A stretch of DNA of 64,000 bases from Lama guanicoe. Its lineage: Eukaryota. Numbering within the stretch: position 1 is the first letter of the stretch; each line of letters starts with the position of its first letter. The stretch lies in the NCBI GenBank assembly GCA_013239625.1, contig MU053810.1:3380071-3444070 (forward strand), read 5' to 3'. A program made the translations under genes and the position numbers. Under the pieces are notes generated by a model that was given only the letters and a program-made list of their open reading frames with translations, was not told where the DNA came from and did no database searches. Shown one piece after another: positions 36,435-50,689 of the stretch.

Positions 36435-39400
36435 AAAAAAGGGGGGGCGGGAAATAAATATTCCTCAAAGTTCCACTAAATCTTAATGACTCATAAATAA
36501 TATCTTTAAATGATACAAAATCAATTTCCAAAGCAATTATTTATTAAAGCAACTTACTGAGTTTCCCTTTATGAAAAATATGATTAAAACACGATAGAGT
36601 AAAATTCATGTGACTTTTCCTTTTACAATACTGTATGTCCCAACTCAGAAGAGGTATCTTGATTCCTGTCTTCAGCAAAACATTCAAATTTCTATCCCAC
36701 TCAAGTTACCTCCAACACTGTAAAACAGGGGGTTGGTTTGTTTGTGGATTAAATCTGCTGACTGCAACGAGTGTCATTCCTGCAGATGTAACACTGAATT
36801 CACACTGGCAAGAAAACCGAGTTTGCAGTTAAGCTGCTAAGATGAGAATAATAAATAGCTACTGGACAAGGAATAAATGAGACCCAGCTGGTAATAGTTC
36901 TGAAATCAAGGCATACAGAAGTGCCTCCCCACCCCCACCACAGCATTTCACACTGAGACATTTAAAAAATCAACTTTCCACATTCATATGACTAAATCAA
37001 GAATATGTTTATAAATTGTGAGGCATTATTAATGGCAATTAATTCAGATACATTCACCCTAAACACCGTGTTCCTAGACTAACACAGAATTGTACTGGTT
37101 TTCATTTAGCCAAGCTTAAACAAAAAGGATCAGGAAAACACAAAACAAACCCAGAAAAGGAAATCTCTCACTTGTAGTAGACACTGAGATATTTAATCTG
37201 TTTATAAAGACAATTCACTACAAATTAAGCCAAATTCAGAAAAAATGGGAGGCAGGCAGCACGTGAAGCCACAGAGGGCGCTGCTGGGTCCCAGGTTGGG
37301 GGAAAGACTGATGTGCCAAGAGTGGGAATTACCTTAAAAATATTTACTTCTCAAAAATCTCAAGACACATACTGGAGAGGGCTTTATCTACCAAACAACA
37401 TTTCCTACCACTTAAACAGGAGTGCATATTTTGAAACACAATTCAATCGTAATAACAATAAAGGGCGAGACTGAACACTGATAAAACTGAGCTAGATGAA
37501 CCCAAAGGACTTAAGATGGGTACGGGCCCAACGGGAGAAAGAACTGTAAAGCATAACTCGACACTACTATAATTTTGGATGCTGTTGTTTTAACTTTAAT
37601 TAATTTCTTAGGGAAATCAAACAATAAATATGTCATACCAGATTCTCTAAACTTTATCAGTTTTCCAACTGCATCCAACTTCTACAAAAGGATGCCGACT
37701 TCACAATAAAGGGATACAAACTCACCACCAATTAAAAAACAAAACAAAACAACTCCTTCCTCCCTCCATATTTCTTCATATCAGTGTCTGAAAATAGATA
37801 CTTTCCACTTACTGGATTAAAAAAAAAATTCCTTTGTGACTCTATGGTTGATGAGCATAGGATTCCTCCCACCAAATAATTTACTCTCAAGATTTCTGCC
37901 CTAGGGTTCATTGGCTTTAGGAAGTGAAGGAGTAGAAAACTAAAATTAACTACTACCAGAGATAAGACTTGAGGGTATTCCAAGAGCTATTGGGACAAAT
38001 CACAGCTGGAAGTTCTAACGCCCCCGAGGTCCCTGTTTCCACAAACAGCAGGGGCCATTTAAATGTGAATCGGGACTTTTAACTGGTTCTCCCCCAAAAG
38101 GTGTACAAAATGACCTCAGGCATATTTCTAAGAAATTATTTTCCATAGCGTGACCTAGAAAAGGTCACCAAGATTGTCTGCGCCTCTCCATGCTCCTGTC
38201 CAGACCATCTGCACTCTCTATTTCTGGAGAGGGTGGGGAGCGGGAGCTTGGGGAGGAGCAAGGAAGCAAAGAGATATAATAACATTAAAGGTTATAATAA
38301 TAAACTTGAAGAAACTAAGTAGACTGCCTGGCTTACACTGAAGTGTCCAAATTAGGTGCAACACCTATGACCATCCCTGCCAAGTACCTCCTAGGATGAC
38401 TTCTAAAACATTCTTGTATTGCATCAATTTGTAAAATGGGGATACCATCGCACATTTATACAGTTCCTATCTAGCAACCATCATGTCTTTAGAACAAAGA
38501 ATATCATAAAGGCACCATTTTCTCTTCCTTTTTTCTACTAATCTTCTTAGCAAGTTTGTAGCGATGGGGGTGGGGAAAGATCACCTAAATTTTTTTATCT
38601 GATTTTTACTATTTGATAACTATTTATTATTTCTCATTCCATATTTTAAAAATATATATATTAACATGAACATCAGCTCTCATTTGGAAATAATTTTATA
38701 ATCTTGTAGTGAACATAGGTTGAAATAATTAAAAATTTTAAGAACTGGTGTCTCAATGTGACTCTAGCATGAAGCCCACTCTTGGAATGGCGTGGCTCTC
38801 ACTGCCAGTTACACTGCAAACTGAATGGCAATTTGAAAGTTCTTAGCTTTCAGAGGGGGCAGGCACAGCAAATTAGAGTCAATTACAAAGGTAGGAAAAA
38901 ACAAGCAGTTGAAAATGTTTGTGAAGTGTCTTTCTTTGTCTTGAGGCAAGAGGTCAATTTTCTACACCTGCTCCATCACGACTCACTTTCTAAGACCATA
39001 TTTTAAAAGTTAATATTTCTCTATGTGCAGGTAAGACAAAATCAAAGATGCAAGTATATTTTAATGAAAGCCTTCTTTTGAAATGTGAGCCACCTTCAGA
39101 TGTCTAGAAAATAAATGTTTTATTTTGACGAGCCAAATAAAACTGTTCTGATAGCTGGGTGGAGATGTGAATCAGAGTACAAAGTTCTGCCATTCCACAT
39201 CTCTAAACTCAAAGCCCAAGTTAATACGCTTAAGGGGATTTTTTTTCTGTTGAACACAGACCATTAAATCAATCTTTTGATTAATGGCTCCTTGACTAAA
39301 ATTCAAACATCATTAGGAATATTTAAACTCTTGCTTAGAATCTTACTTTACTTTGTAACACAGACATACACTCTACCACAAACCATCTGTCAACCTGGTA

Positions 39401-40464
39401 TCTTCAAGCTCAATCACAGGCTTCTGATGAGTTTTCCTCTCTGGCTGGCCCATGGCCAAATTTATTCAAAGGAATGAAGTCACATTAAAATTTACCTCCC
39501 AAAGAATCCGACACGAAACTATTGAAGTCGGCCAAAGATTTATAGGCTATTACAGAGGTAATGCAAATCTTTAAAAAATTCAAGAAAAATTTTGCCAATG
39601 AAAACAAGATCTTACACTGTGTGTGTTGTCCAGGCATGGACTCAGGAGATCTCTGACAGAGCCCTCAGCCTCCTGCCATTTCATCACCACCTAACCTTGA
39701 GCAAATCACTCCAGCTCTCTTGATCTCACTGTACAGTTTTAAAAAATGAACTGGAGAAGATAAAGAGGTTACAAATGACGTATAGTCTGGCCTAGACAGT
39801 GACTCAGAAAATGCTTGCACTGATTACCAATTTTTTTCAGACTGGAGGAAATCTACATACAGATTTGGATTTCTGGCTTCTTTGAAAAATGGGAAGATCT
39901 GGCATCCTGCCTGGCATCACTCGCCCGGTGCTGAGTAGTGCCGAGGATGCACCCTCTAGCTGGGCACAGGCCCGACCATTCCCTACAGCCTTCAGCCTAG
40001 ATGTCTTTGCTCATTTCAGGGTTTCAGACACCCCTGGGCTCCAGTGCCTGCCATGCAGGAGACAGTCTCCCAGATACAAATGAATCATGAAACCACTGTC
40101 CACGGAGGTTCTCTTTATCCCTAGAAGTAACGGATGACCTCAGGAAGGGTGGTGTTAATATGGGTACAGGAGAGCAAGAAAGAGAAGCCACGGCTCCAAT
40201 ATTATATAACCAAGGACACTGCATGATCTTGGGCCTTCCTTGAAATTGACATAAAGACATGGAAGGGATGCTAAATGAGACAGCATGCCTGCCGCTGCCT
40301 GTGATTATGTCTTCAGCCTGTCTCCAGAGGGGCACCAAGGTGGGCACACAGGAAAGTTTGGGTGAGAGAGACAAGAACTAGGTGGAGATGACCCAGTGGG
40401 TCTGGAGGCCAGCCCACCCCTGCCGTCCTTCCCAGATTCACCAACCAACCAACCCTTTAAGCCA

Positions 40465-40505
40465 GTGGAGGTTAGGTTTCTCACACTGGCAATTGAAGAC
40501 ATCCA
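40465..40505. repeat. Left arm of a perfect 41-bp inverted repeat
   Basis: gtggaggttaggtttctcacactggcaattgaagacatcca is the exact reverse complement of 42831-42871. Confidence 0.97.
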
Positions 40506-42830
40506 AACACAACCCTCAAATACTCCATGAAGATGGAATGTTTATACAAATTTCCTTCATCTGGGGGGGGGAGTGTGCAAGCAGCAATGACAACCCCCCC
40601 AAGAAACTGATCATGAAAGTTTCAAATGAACATATTTTACTTTCCATAGTCAGATATCTAACATGCCAAAATAATGTAATACTTCCTGATGGCTTTCTGT
40701 GTATTCATCCTGCAATGATATCACCCTAAAAGTACAGTCCCCCAAATGGGTTGTGAAAAGGAGGCTTCCATAGGGCCTTGGAAGAACCCAGTGGTGTCAG
40801 CAATTCTGGCAGGAGGCCCTTAACTCCCACAGCCCTCTGGGGAATGGGGTCTGGCTGGCCTTGGAGAAGACGGGAAAGAGTCTGGTATGCAAGACAGGTG
40901 GCTGTCTCACCAGCATACCCAGAGGACCACATTTGCTAGAAAATCAATGAGAGACCACCTTGAATTTAGAAAACCTATCCCATCACTCACACAGGATCAA
41001 TAAGACCAATGAGAGGATGCAGAAGGGGGTGGACACGTATAGTTCAGCATTATTGAATTAAAAAAAAAAGATTTCTTCAGCAGTTGGGACCTATATTAAG
41101 ATTCCAGAAGGGAAGCACCCAATTCCTGATTCAGTTAGGGCTGGACTTCTGTTTTCCTTTCCCTCGACAGAACGGAGGGGCGGCTTGTTTTCCTGAACAA
41201 TATGAGGAAGGTTACCATTATGCAGTTTATAGAGCTTTCTCGGATTCCCGTTTCAAGTGATGAATTGACCGTGCATTTTTATCTCCTTCCCTTCCTGAAA
41301 CCCTGCTAAAATGACAAGAAAGGAAGCTTGAGATGGAAAAAACAATGATGACAAAGAGAACTGTCATGTAGACAGCAGAGGAGGAGAAATTTCAAAGAAT
41401 CTTTAAAACATTAAAAACTGGAGGGAGGATTGTTAACTGACAGGCGAGGCGAGAAAGAAGCCACCTAAGGGCCTGTGGCCAGTTCGCTCTCAGTTTCCAA
41501 GCGCCTGGAGATCAGGTAACAGAAAGCGCATTGCCTGTTGCCAACCCCACGGATTCCTCAGAGAACTGAGCCCGGGGGGCTGCTGTCCTGGGAACACCAG
41601 GCAAAGAGCAGAGCCCGGCTGGGGCACAGGAGGGGTGGAAATCTCCACTCTCACCCCTGGGAGCTCAGCCCTTACCCCCTGCTCTGCTACAATCACACCT
41701 GCAGCCTGGGGCCATGCTCTCAGGGGACACTGGAGGACTCTTCTCAGGGGGAAAGCCCCCAGAGAAAGGCTGGCCTGCCGCCAACCACCTGCGTGTACAA
41801 ACCCAGCAGGCCAAGCATTGCCCCTCCATGTACCCAGAACTTGGGGCCTTTCCCGACATCTTCTTCTGACATCTGAAGGGTAGCAGTGACCTGCCAGGTG
41901 TGGGAGGAAAGCTTCTAAAATGGAAGAGAACGGCTGAAAGAAATCTGTAATTTTTAGTGATACTGAACATCACACGATATTAAATTTCCAAATTCAGTAC
42001 TTCACAAAGCACTCAAAATAAACTGAGACATTAAAGTAAATACTATTAGTTAACCAAAAGCTGTGTATTATTTTAGCCAAAAGGAGAGATGAGAGGAGAA
42101 ATGAAAAGGTGCAGGGAAGCTGCAACATTCTCTATCAAGGCAGAAAGTCAACAGAGAATGTAACTGACAAACTGAGAAACAAGAGTATTAGCCTGATGCC
42201 CTGAACACTGAGAAATGTAACCAGCAAAAATAAGTGGACTTTGTGGGGGTATGTTTAAAGTGCATTCTAAATAATATCATTTTCATGGTGAATTTAAGAA
42301 CCTACGTGACTAATAATTTCTAAGATAAAAATAAATTTGACTAGGTAATTGTTCAATGAAAAAAAATAGCGTATAAGCCTAGAAACATAGGGGTAAACAC
42401 AAGGGAAATTATCACGTATATCTGTGCGTGCTAATATGGAAAATTCTCTAAGAAACAGCATGAAGTTAAAAAAAAAGCCAAATGTCTTTAATATGCCTCC
42501 ATTTATATTTTTGAGCAATGTCAGGCATTCATATATTTGTATAGGAAACTTACAGGAAGGAACTAAAAGCTGGAGGAACAGGTTTGGGGATCTAGGGTGG
42601 AGGTGAAGTTCCTCTCATGGTTATTTTCCTAATAATGCTGAAGGGAAAAACCAAAGCCTTCTTGAAGTTTCTACCTCAGGGGCATATCCTACAACCCCAA
42701 GTGAGAGGTTCCCAGCAAGGGGTGCATGTTTTCCTGCAAGGAGTTTGGAGAATTTCTATTTCTATTTATTTTATATCTAAGAAAATTAATGTTTGTAAAA
42801 TGTATTATCCAGTTAGACATGTGGCCTCCA

Positions 42831-42871
42831 TGGATGTCTTCAATTGCCAGTGTGAGAAACCTAACCTCCAC
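42831..42871. repeat. Right arm of a perfect 41-bp inverted repeat
   Basis: tggatgtcttcaattgccagtgtgagaaacctaacctccac. Confidence 0.97.
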
Positions 42872-45523
42872 CCATATGTCAAACAGTCACACTGTAGGGG
42901 AGATAACCTGAAGAAATGGTAGGAACCCACATCTTGGAGGAGCTGGCAGTGGGAAACCCCAGGCTGTCCATGCCCAGTGTATCGCAATGGACTGCATTTT
43001 ACACATGCCCACCTGAGCGGGTTTACAGAATGTGCCATCCAGATTTAACTCAGCTAAATCAACCCTCGAAAAACAGACATGTGCTGGAGAGGATACCTGA
43101 AAAGAAACCACCAACTGGAGCAAATACCAAAAACGTTAAGTGTCAGTTAACAAGAATATGGCTGAGCTTCTAGTACATTCTCTCTCTGTTGACCAGTCAT
43201 GGGGTCAAATAAGGAACTGATGATTTAATCAGATGCGACAAGACGTTCAAAAACCGTTGAAATTACTGAGAAGACTATTTAAAACGTGGGCTCCCATCCA
43301 CTTTGGTTGACTGATGTCGGTGTACTTCCCTAAATGTACGTTGTGTTTTGAGACATCAGGCGATGATAGTAAAGCTATCAAAATGGACGAGTCATTTAAA
43401 ATCTAAGCACTCAACTGAAGACAAATGGCCATGGTTTTTTCAATGATGTCTGACATCATGTAATAGTAAACTACCAAATTTAGCACTCCACAAAATGTTA
43501 CTGATTCAACAATTAATGTACAGAAGTTTCTTTCTAGGTTCCTTCAACAGCCAAAGACTAAAAAGCACATACCACTCATTATTCCTACCAAGGTTAAAAA
43601 AAAAAAAAAGGCCAAAAGTACATGAAAACCAACATGGTACCAAACCCAAATGAGTTCTTTTGTCAGCAAACACTACCGGCAAAGACATAGAAAATACTGG
43701 TCAATATTTGAAGACTTGAGGATGAGAGCAAAGGACATAGCCTGGGCGACTTGCTTTATAGCTCAAAATGCAGAGGAGTCTACCATATTGCTGCTGTGGG
43801 TATTTGCTCAATTATCCCATATGTTCAAAGAACTACTGTGTGGTTGAAAGGGAAGGAGAGCCCGAGTACTTCAAAAAGGTGTGAAATTCAAGGCATGAGT
43901 CACACTCTTTTCCTTTGCAAAAAGACAAGTGTTGCAAATCATGGCTTTTGCAGGGGTCAGAGGTGTGTATCAGTAGCGTGGTACCTGGCGGCCAAAAAAA
44001 AATCAACTCATGTTAAGCTTCCTTTCAAAGTAAAGGTGAGACTCAATACTGAGTCAGAAAAATAACTCCTTTTCCAGAGAAACCTAAGCTTTGAAAAGAG
44101 AAGATTCTTTAAAAAACAAAACAAAACAAAACAAAAAAACACCAGATGTTGGGGAATATTTCCACCGTTTTGTGATCTTGTAGCCAAAAACAATGTAACT
44201 GTGTCATCTGGAAACTCCTCTATCAGCACACTCGAAAACTTGGAAATAGAATATTCTAGCCTATTAGAAATTTTGCCAAAGGGTTTCAAAGCTCATTTGT
44301 TACTGGGTTTTGAACCCATTTGTTAAGAACTTTAAAAATCACAGTACCTTCCAGTAAATTTAGAAGGTTTCAGGGAAATTAAAATGTAACATCTGAAAGT
44401 CAACTAAAAGCTTTTGTCAAGTCAAATAAAACTGGTAGCATGGGCTGAGACAGGGATACAGTTCTTCTATATATATTTATACATCTTTGTGAGTATGATT
44501 TTCTGCCATTAAATACAAGAATTAAAATATATAGAACCTTAGAGGTAGCTTTAAAAAAATCAATATTAAAACAAATTTTCTTCAAATACACAAAGTATAC
44601 TGCTCTCCCTAAAAAGTTTAACCATTATTAATGAGAGCAAAAGACTTGTTATTGTGTTAAAAATTATTTTAAAATATTTAATCTTACCATTTTTAGTTTT
44701 AGACATGCTGTAACATGTACACATTAATATTTCCATACAAATACATTAATAAGTATACACGTTAGGATGTTAAAATTTCATCCACAAGATGTGATAAAAA
44801 ATATTTGGAGCCCACTGTTTTACGGGTGATTTTTCAAAAGATACACAGATCTTAACTCATCTACTAGCCCTTTGGCGGGGGAAGGAATTTGGCTGTGTTT
44901 TGGAGAATAAAAAGTCCCCAGATATTTTTGACAGACTCCTCTCCTCCTTTGCTTCCCCTCACCCCCACTCTTGGACGCAGCAGGCCCTCTGTGTGCTCTG
45001 AGCATTCAGTAAGCACGACTGAGAAGGAAACTTTAATTCTGATTTATTCATGCTGCCAGAGGCAGGCATACAACACAGCATCCACTTAGACTCAGCCACA
45101 GCTCATTTTAAAAACTGTCTCCCCAAAAAGTTTACATACACCTGTTTTTTGCCTCATAACAATGATATAGGATTATTCCCAATAAACAGATGAGAAATAA
45201 AGTTAAGCAACTCAGCAGAGAGGGTAAACGACCTCCCTCAGATCATGAAAAAGTAGTGGACTCCTCTCTAAGTCTTGTGCTCTCGTCAACCTCACATACC
45301 CCCTTCTGACATTGGACCCCACAGTCCTCAAGAGGGTGCCCCTTGGAAAGCGATAGCATTACAGCCACCAGAGTGGTCCCATATTTTACAAGGAAGCAAG
45401 GGTCCAGCTGATCCCCAGTCTGTGGGTCTGTGCAAGGATGCGCCCTGGAATCACAGGTGGGAGGTTACATGCTAGGTGTTTGCAAAAACTTTTGAAAGTT
45501 GGGAATATAAATTTACATCCAGC

Positions 45524-45606
45524 GGGGAGGGTATAGCTCAGTGGTAGAATGCATGCCTAGCATGCACTGGGTTCAATCCTCAGTACCTCCATTAAAGAAA
45601 AAAAAT
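45524..45606 (+). mobile_element. tRNA-Ala-derived SINE (Vic-1-like), short-tail form with a small internal deletion
   Basis: ggggagggtatagctcagtggtagaatgcatgcctagcatgcactgggttcaatcctcagtacctccatt plus A tail. Imperfect TSD ttacatcca/ttatatcca. Confidence 0.88.
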
Positions 45607-48600
45607 TATATCCAATGATTGCAAGGGATAAACAGCAGTTTTGGTATCTAAATCACAATCTCCTAGGTTAATTTCTCCTCCCCTCCCCCATTTCTGAAAT
45701 ATATTTTGTTCAAAAACTTTAAGAGTAACTTGCCTCTGAGCTGCTCTAGCCGATGTACCGAATTAGTCATGTTTTCCTGGTGAGTTACATTCTTAACCTA
45801 AAAGACTATTTCAAGCATGTGTAAATGCATTTTTCTAAAAAATGAAAGCCAACAGGCAACTCAAGTTTTGCCCAAAAAAGAAATAATTGTTTAGCAAACA
45901 ATAGTCCAAAGCTATTTTATTCAGAACAAGAGGATATTGTTTCTAAGACATACCAAACTCCACTTCTTACATAATTTTCTTTTGTCACTAAAAACGTTTC
46001 TGAAATTTGAAGATAAGCACAATTAGATTTCAGCTGAGGTTTTTAGAATACCTCCACTTCCATCACACTGAACTGCAGAGCAAATTTTTTTTTTTTTTTT
46101 GAAGAGATATGAGTTTATTTTCTATTTTGCTGTAAAGTACCAGGGTGGGTTTCAAGAATTATTAGCTCAGCTAATTTCTAATTCATGACTGAAAACAGGA
46201 TCTTTTTTAACCCTTTACTTAGATGCATATATATTCCCCTGAAGTATGTTACAAATAATAAAAATAACAAACACTTCTTTTTTAACCTGCATTAAAAAAA
46301 AAAACTGTCACCATTTCATGATTTCTTTTCAAAAAGATGTCACACCCATTAATATAGATCTCCCATCCACAAATACTCCTAATTCACAGACTATCAAAAG
46401 AACAAAAAAAAATGCTGTTTGTTTTCATTATTTTAAGAGAAAGAGAACTTGCCATCTCCTGGGTTTTACATCAGTGAATCTCCCCTTTTCCCACCTCCTC
46501 CCACTATATTCTATGTATTCTACCAACTGTAAAAATAGATAGGCAAGCCTCCCCAGAGGCTTAGATGACGGAGAAGCTTAGTTCCTAATTAGATCAACTG
46601 ACATGAGGTTCTCATTCTCACATGCCAGGAGCATGAATTAAGGCTGTGACACACCAGATTTAATCCAGACACTTCTCACTGGATTTTAAATCTGGAAATT
46701 TCTAAAAGGCCAGACAGAGAAATTTCTAAAAGGTAATCTTTGCTGTTACAAAAGATCCAAATGTTTCTTTCCTTCTTGTATTTCAATCATCTTTCTTCTC
46801 AATCATTTGAGGATAACAGTGTTCATGAGGACACAGAGCAGACCACGGTGGGCATTTAACCCAGTCCCTGCACCAGGATTACAAATATATTCCCAGGGAC
46901 CATAGAGGACTCAGGGTTGCCCTAAATGGTTCTTCCATGATGTATTTTGGTGCAGTTCCTAAATATTTCCTCAGGAATGTCTTTTTCTACCTTCACTTCA
47001 GGAGTCGACTTCTGCATTCAGATATATTTTCCTCCTTGATCTTAAAGGCTAAAAGTTCAGAGTCTGAAGCATGATTGCCTTTGGAAAACATGATTTAAAG
47101 AGCCAAACAAAGTTTATCAGTCACCTCTCAGTTAGAAAGTACATTTATAAGAGAACAATGTGATTTTGATAACTCCAGGCTCATGTGCTGTCAGCTCCAA
47201 ATAAGTTCATTCCTGGTAATTAGTTTTTTCTACCTCTGAACCTATTTAAGGTAAAATCAAGGGAATGCTGTGTGAAATTCCATGCAAATTATGAAAATTT
47301 TTTCCATCCTAGCATAGGAAAACCATAATTTTATTATTTCATTGTTAATAATTACTTTTTCTCATGCTCTCCTTTTCCTCCCTTTTGTCACGTCATCACG
47401 TGCATCTCAGGAGAGGCCAAAGGACCTGAATTTACTATGTCCTTCAGTAGCAAGAAAGGACATTTTTGGCCACAAGCAAGCCACTGAGGCCACAGAAATG
47501 TTCCATGATCACACGCAGGAACCACTTATACCTTTGAGAGTGAAGAGTGAGAGCTTTAACCACTGCTCACTGGTACCGATTCAGGATCAAAACCAAAACC
47601 AAAGCCAAACTCTCTGTGGTAGACTGCAAACAGGCAGGCAGCCAAAAATTGTTGCATTTTCTTTTTCTGCCCATCAAGGATGTGAGATCTAAGAAATATT
47701 TGAAATAAACCTGCATTTGTTAAACCAAAATCAAATATGTGAAGAAAGAGAAGGAAAGCCACTTAAAACTTTGCTATGATACGTGACAAATTCTGCTAAC
47801 TATGAGCAAGGCCTTTTATAGTTGAATGTAAGAATCCTCGTGACACTTAGGGATTGCAATTATTCAAGGGCCCAGATGAACCTTATCTGAAGACAAACTA
47901 AAGAAACTATGAGACTACAGGCATTTGGTGTGTCAGCTGAATGAAACCAAACTTCTCATAATATAAAAAGTTGACCTAAAGTCACTGTTCCCCCAATAGA
48001 TGATAAGCATGTTAAGAATGGGATCTAGAATTTCTTTATCTTTGTACATTCCTGTCCACCCTAGAGACCAACTACAAGAAACAGGTGCTGAACAAATTTC
48101 ACTTAGAAACTTAAAATGGACTTTACTATTTTATCTAACAAAGAAAAATGGTGACATTCACCTCGATCCCTCAGAAGACCAAAAGCTACAATTTAACCAG
48201 TGATGAAATTCCTATTTACCAAGTTCTCAATGTTTGGAGTGAAAGAATGCAAGATGACTTACGGAAAGATTATTTTACTGGCATAAAATAAATTAATTCT
48301 TCTCCATACACTATCTCATTCAACCAGCTCGGCCATCCTTGAGGAAGATAATGTTTGTTTTGGCACATTTGCACAGCATTTCAAATTTACAAAGAATGTT
48401 CACACCCCTTTTTTAAATCATCATGATAATAGATGAACCTCTGTCATCATCTAAAGGCCTAAAACTCACAGGAAAAATGGTACCCTAAGTGCTCTGAAGT
48501 GTTACTGTACATGAAGGAAACAGTAATTCCTCACCCTAAGAAAAACAAAACCAAAAATAAGTTACTCTCTCATTCCCACATAATTTGTTGTCAGAACAGA

Positions 48601-49239
48601 ACATTTATCAGACTTAGTTCAATAGTGCTTAAGAATGTATTGTTTTAATACATAAGCTCCTTTAATCTCACCATCTCTAAATAAACACCATTGAAAGCCT
48701 GGGGGAGAGAGGGAAGGAAAAAGAAAAAGAAGCCAGCTATTATATGTATGCTTTACTTAGCAATTTACTTAGATGGAGTTAAATGTTACTTCCTCGCATT
48801 CTTTAAAAATGTGGATTCATAAAGAGCTCACTAGACAATGCATTACTCTAAGACCAGGACACAAATATTCCAAGTGGCACAGAAGCTAGAGGGGGAATGA
48901 CCATTTTTATGTCAAGGAAAGCAAGGTATCAACCAAGTTAACTATAAACTAGGCTGTCAATTAAAAAAAAATTCTATTATTATATTTCAAAAGCAAGAGT
49001 GACTTTAAGATAATATGTAGACAATACTGAAGATAAATTTAAAATACAAATAGTTACACAGCCAAATGTGAAATTTCAGGTGGTTTCCTATTTTCACTGA
49101 GGCGACAGGCCTAACCTCACCAAAGCTTTAGAAAAGTATCATTTCCCCAATCTGTTGATTTGTTAACGAATCTCACTAATTTCTCCTGTCTTGTTTAAAC
49201 ACACTCTAGTGAGGGAATACACTTCCTATGTAAAGTATT

Positions 49240-49593
49240 ACTTTTTTGTGTGTCTCCCCAAAATGCATATTCTTAAATCTTAACCCCTAAATATGATGAG
49301 ATCCAAGGTGAGGCCTTTGGGAGGAGTAGAAGTCATGAGGGTGGAGCCCCCATGAATGGGATTGGTGCCCTTGTAAGAGACCCCACAGTGATCCCTGTAG
49401 GGGCTTCCGCCAAGGGAGGACGCAGAGAAGAGATGCCAGCTCTGAACCAGGAAGAGGGCCTTCACCCAAACAAGGCCACAGTGGTGCCTTGATCTTGGAT
49501 TTCCAGCTTCCAGAACTGTGAAAAGTAAATTCCAGCCATTTTTAAGCCATCCTGTACATGGTATGTTGATACAGCAGCCCAAATGGACTAAGA
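49240..49593 (+). mobile_element. MLT1A-like MaLR solo LTR
   Basis: tgtgtctccccaaaat...ggtcatgagggtggagcc-like...atgaatgggatt...gccttgatcttggatttccagcttccagaactgtga...gcagcccaaatggactaagaca. Confidence 0.85.
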
Positions 49594-50689
49594 CAGGTGT
49601 TGTCCCCAGAAGCCTGAACTTTCAGTTGACTGGACTGCATACATGATGCTCTGTGCTTGGTAACGAGGTTCTGCCTGACTAACCTGCTTGCCCACTAGGG
49701 TGGGTTTCCAACCAGAGGCCACTGCATGAACAGAGTTTGGAGGACAGACTGCCTTATTGTTTGATCAGCTGTTAATGATACCATACCATTTCCTCCATCC
49801 AATTGCCAGTTTCGACAATGACTTACAGTGCCCCTGATGAGCACATTAACAGTTAAATCACGTAGCTTCTACTCTCTCCTCTAACCCTCTGACACAGAAC
49901 ACTAAAACTGAGTCCTGGCGGTGTTCATTGTATTCTGTGATGTTACGAAGATTGTTCCAAGTGCTCTACTTTGTATCCATTCAGAATGTTACATATTGCT
50001 ACTTAGATATTAAAATACAGAATTACTAAATGACTGTGAAAAACATAACTGGGAAAACACATGAAATGGAGTTCTGACAATGCAAACTGCTTTCCTTTGT
50101 AAAAATGTAAGTCTACCAAGCCAGCAGCTTCTAGAACTGCTATGTCTGTTCACTTCACACCAATGACCCTAGTGTTCTGTTTTTAGACACTGACAAGTGT
50201 ATCATTATCAGCAAAATATAAGCATGAGCCAGAAAGGAGAGCAAAAAATAAAAAAACTCAAACACAACCAACAAAAAAACTCATGTTCTACAAGTCTTCG
50301 CTTCAGGAACTACAACATTCACTCAAACTCAGACAGGATGTGCCAGTTTGAGGTCTGAGTCATCACCTGCCAATGACGGTGACGCACCTGAGTTCTGAGT
50401 CCTCTCACTTCCCTCTGCCATCCATCCCGACTGAGCCAGCAGAGTCAGGCCAAGTTTGACACATCCGTTCTCTCGCTCTTTTTTGTAAGAGTCAACACTA
50501 ATGAATGGCGAGATGGAAACGGGTGGGACAGGTTGGCAGGAAATAAGATGACAACTTCTCACAGGTCAGGAGCCAAGTCGTACAGGCTGCCAGGAGAGCA
50601 GCACAGTAAGACCACGGTGCACTCTTCACACCAAGTGATGTGCACTTGCTGGTGGTATTGCGAATCCCACTCCTGAATATCTTTAAATA

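Noticed and set aside
37267..37283. CTCF-like motifs gccacagagggcgct (also ~27575-27590 and ~29811-29824)
   Set aside because: Two or three mismatches to the core consensus, a level expected by chance in 64 kb.
41240..41500. Possible ancient L1M/HAL1 5' fragment inside the inverted-repeat interval
   Set aside because: Resemblance too weak to call without an alignment. No transposase-like ORF lies between the inverted arms.
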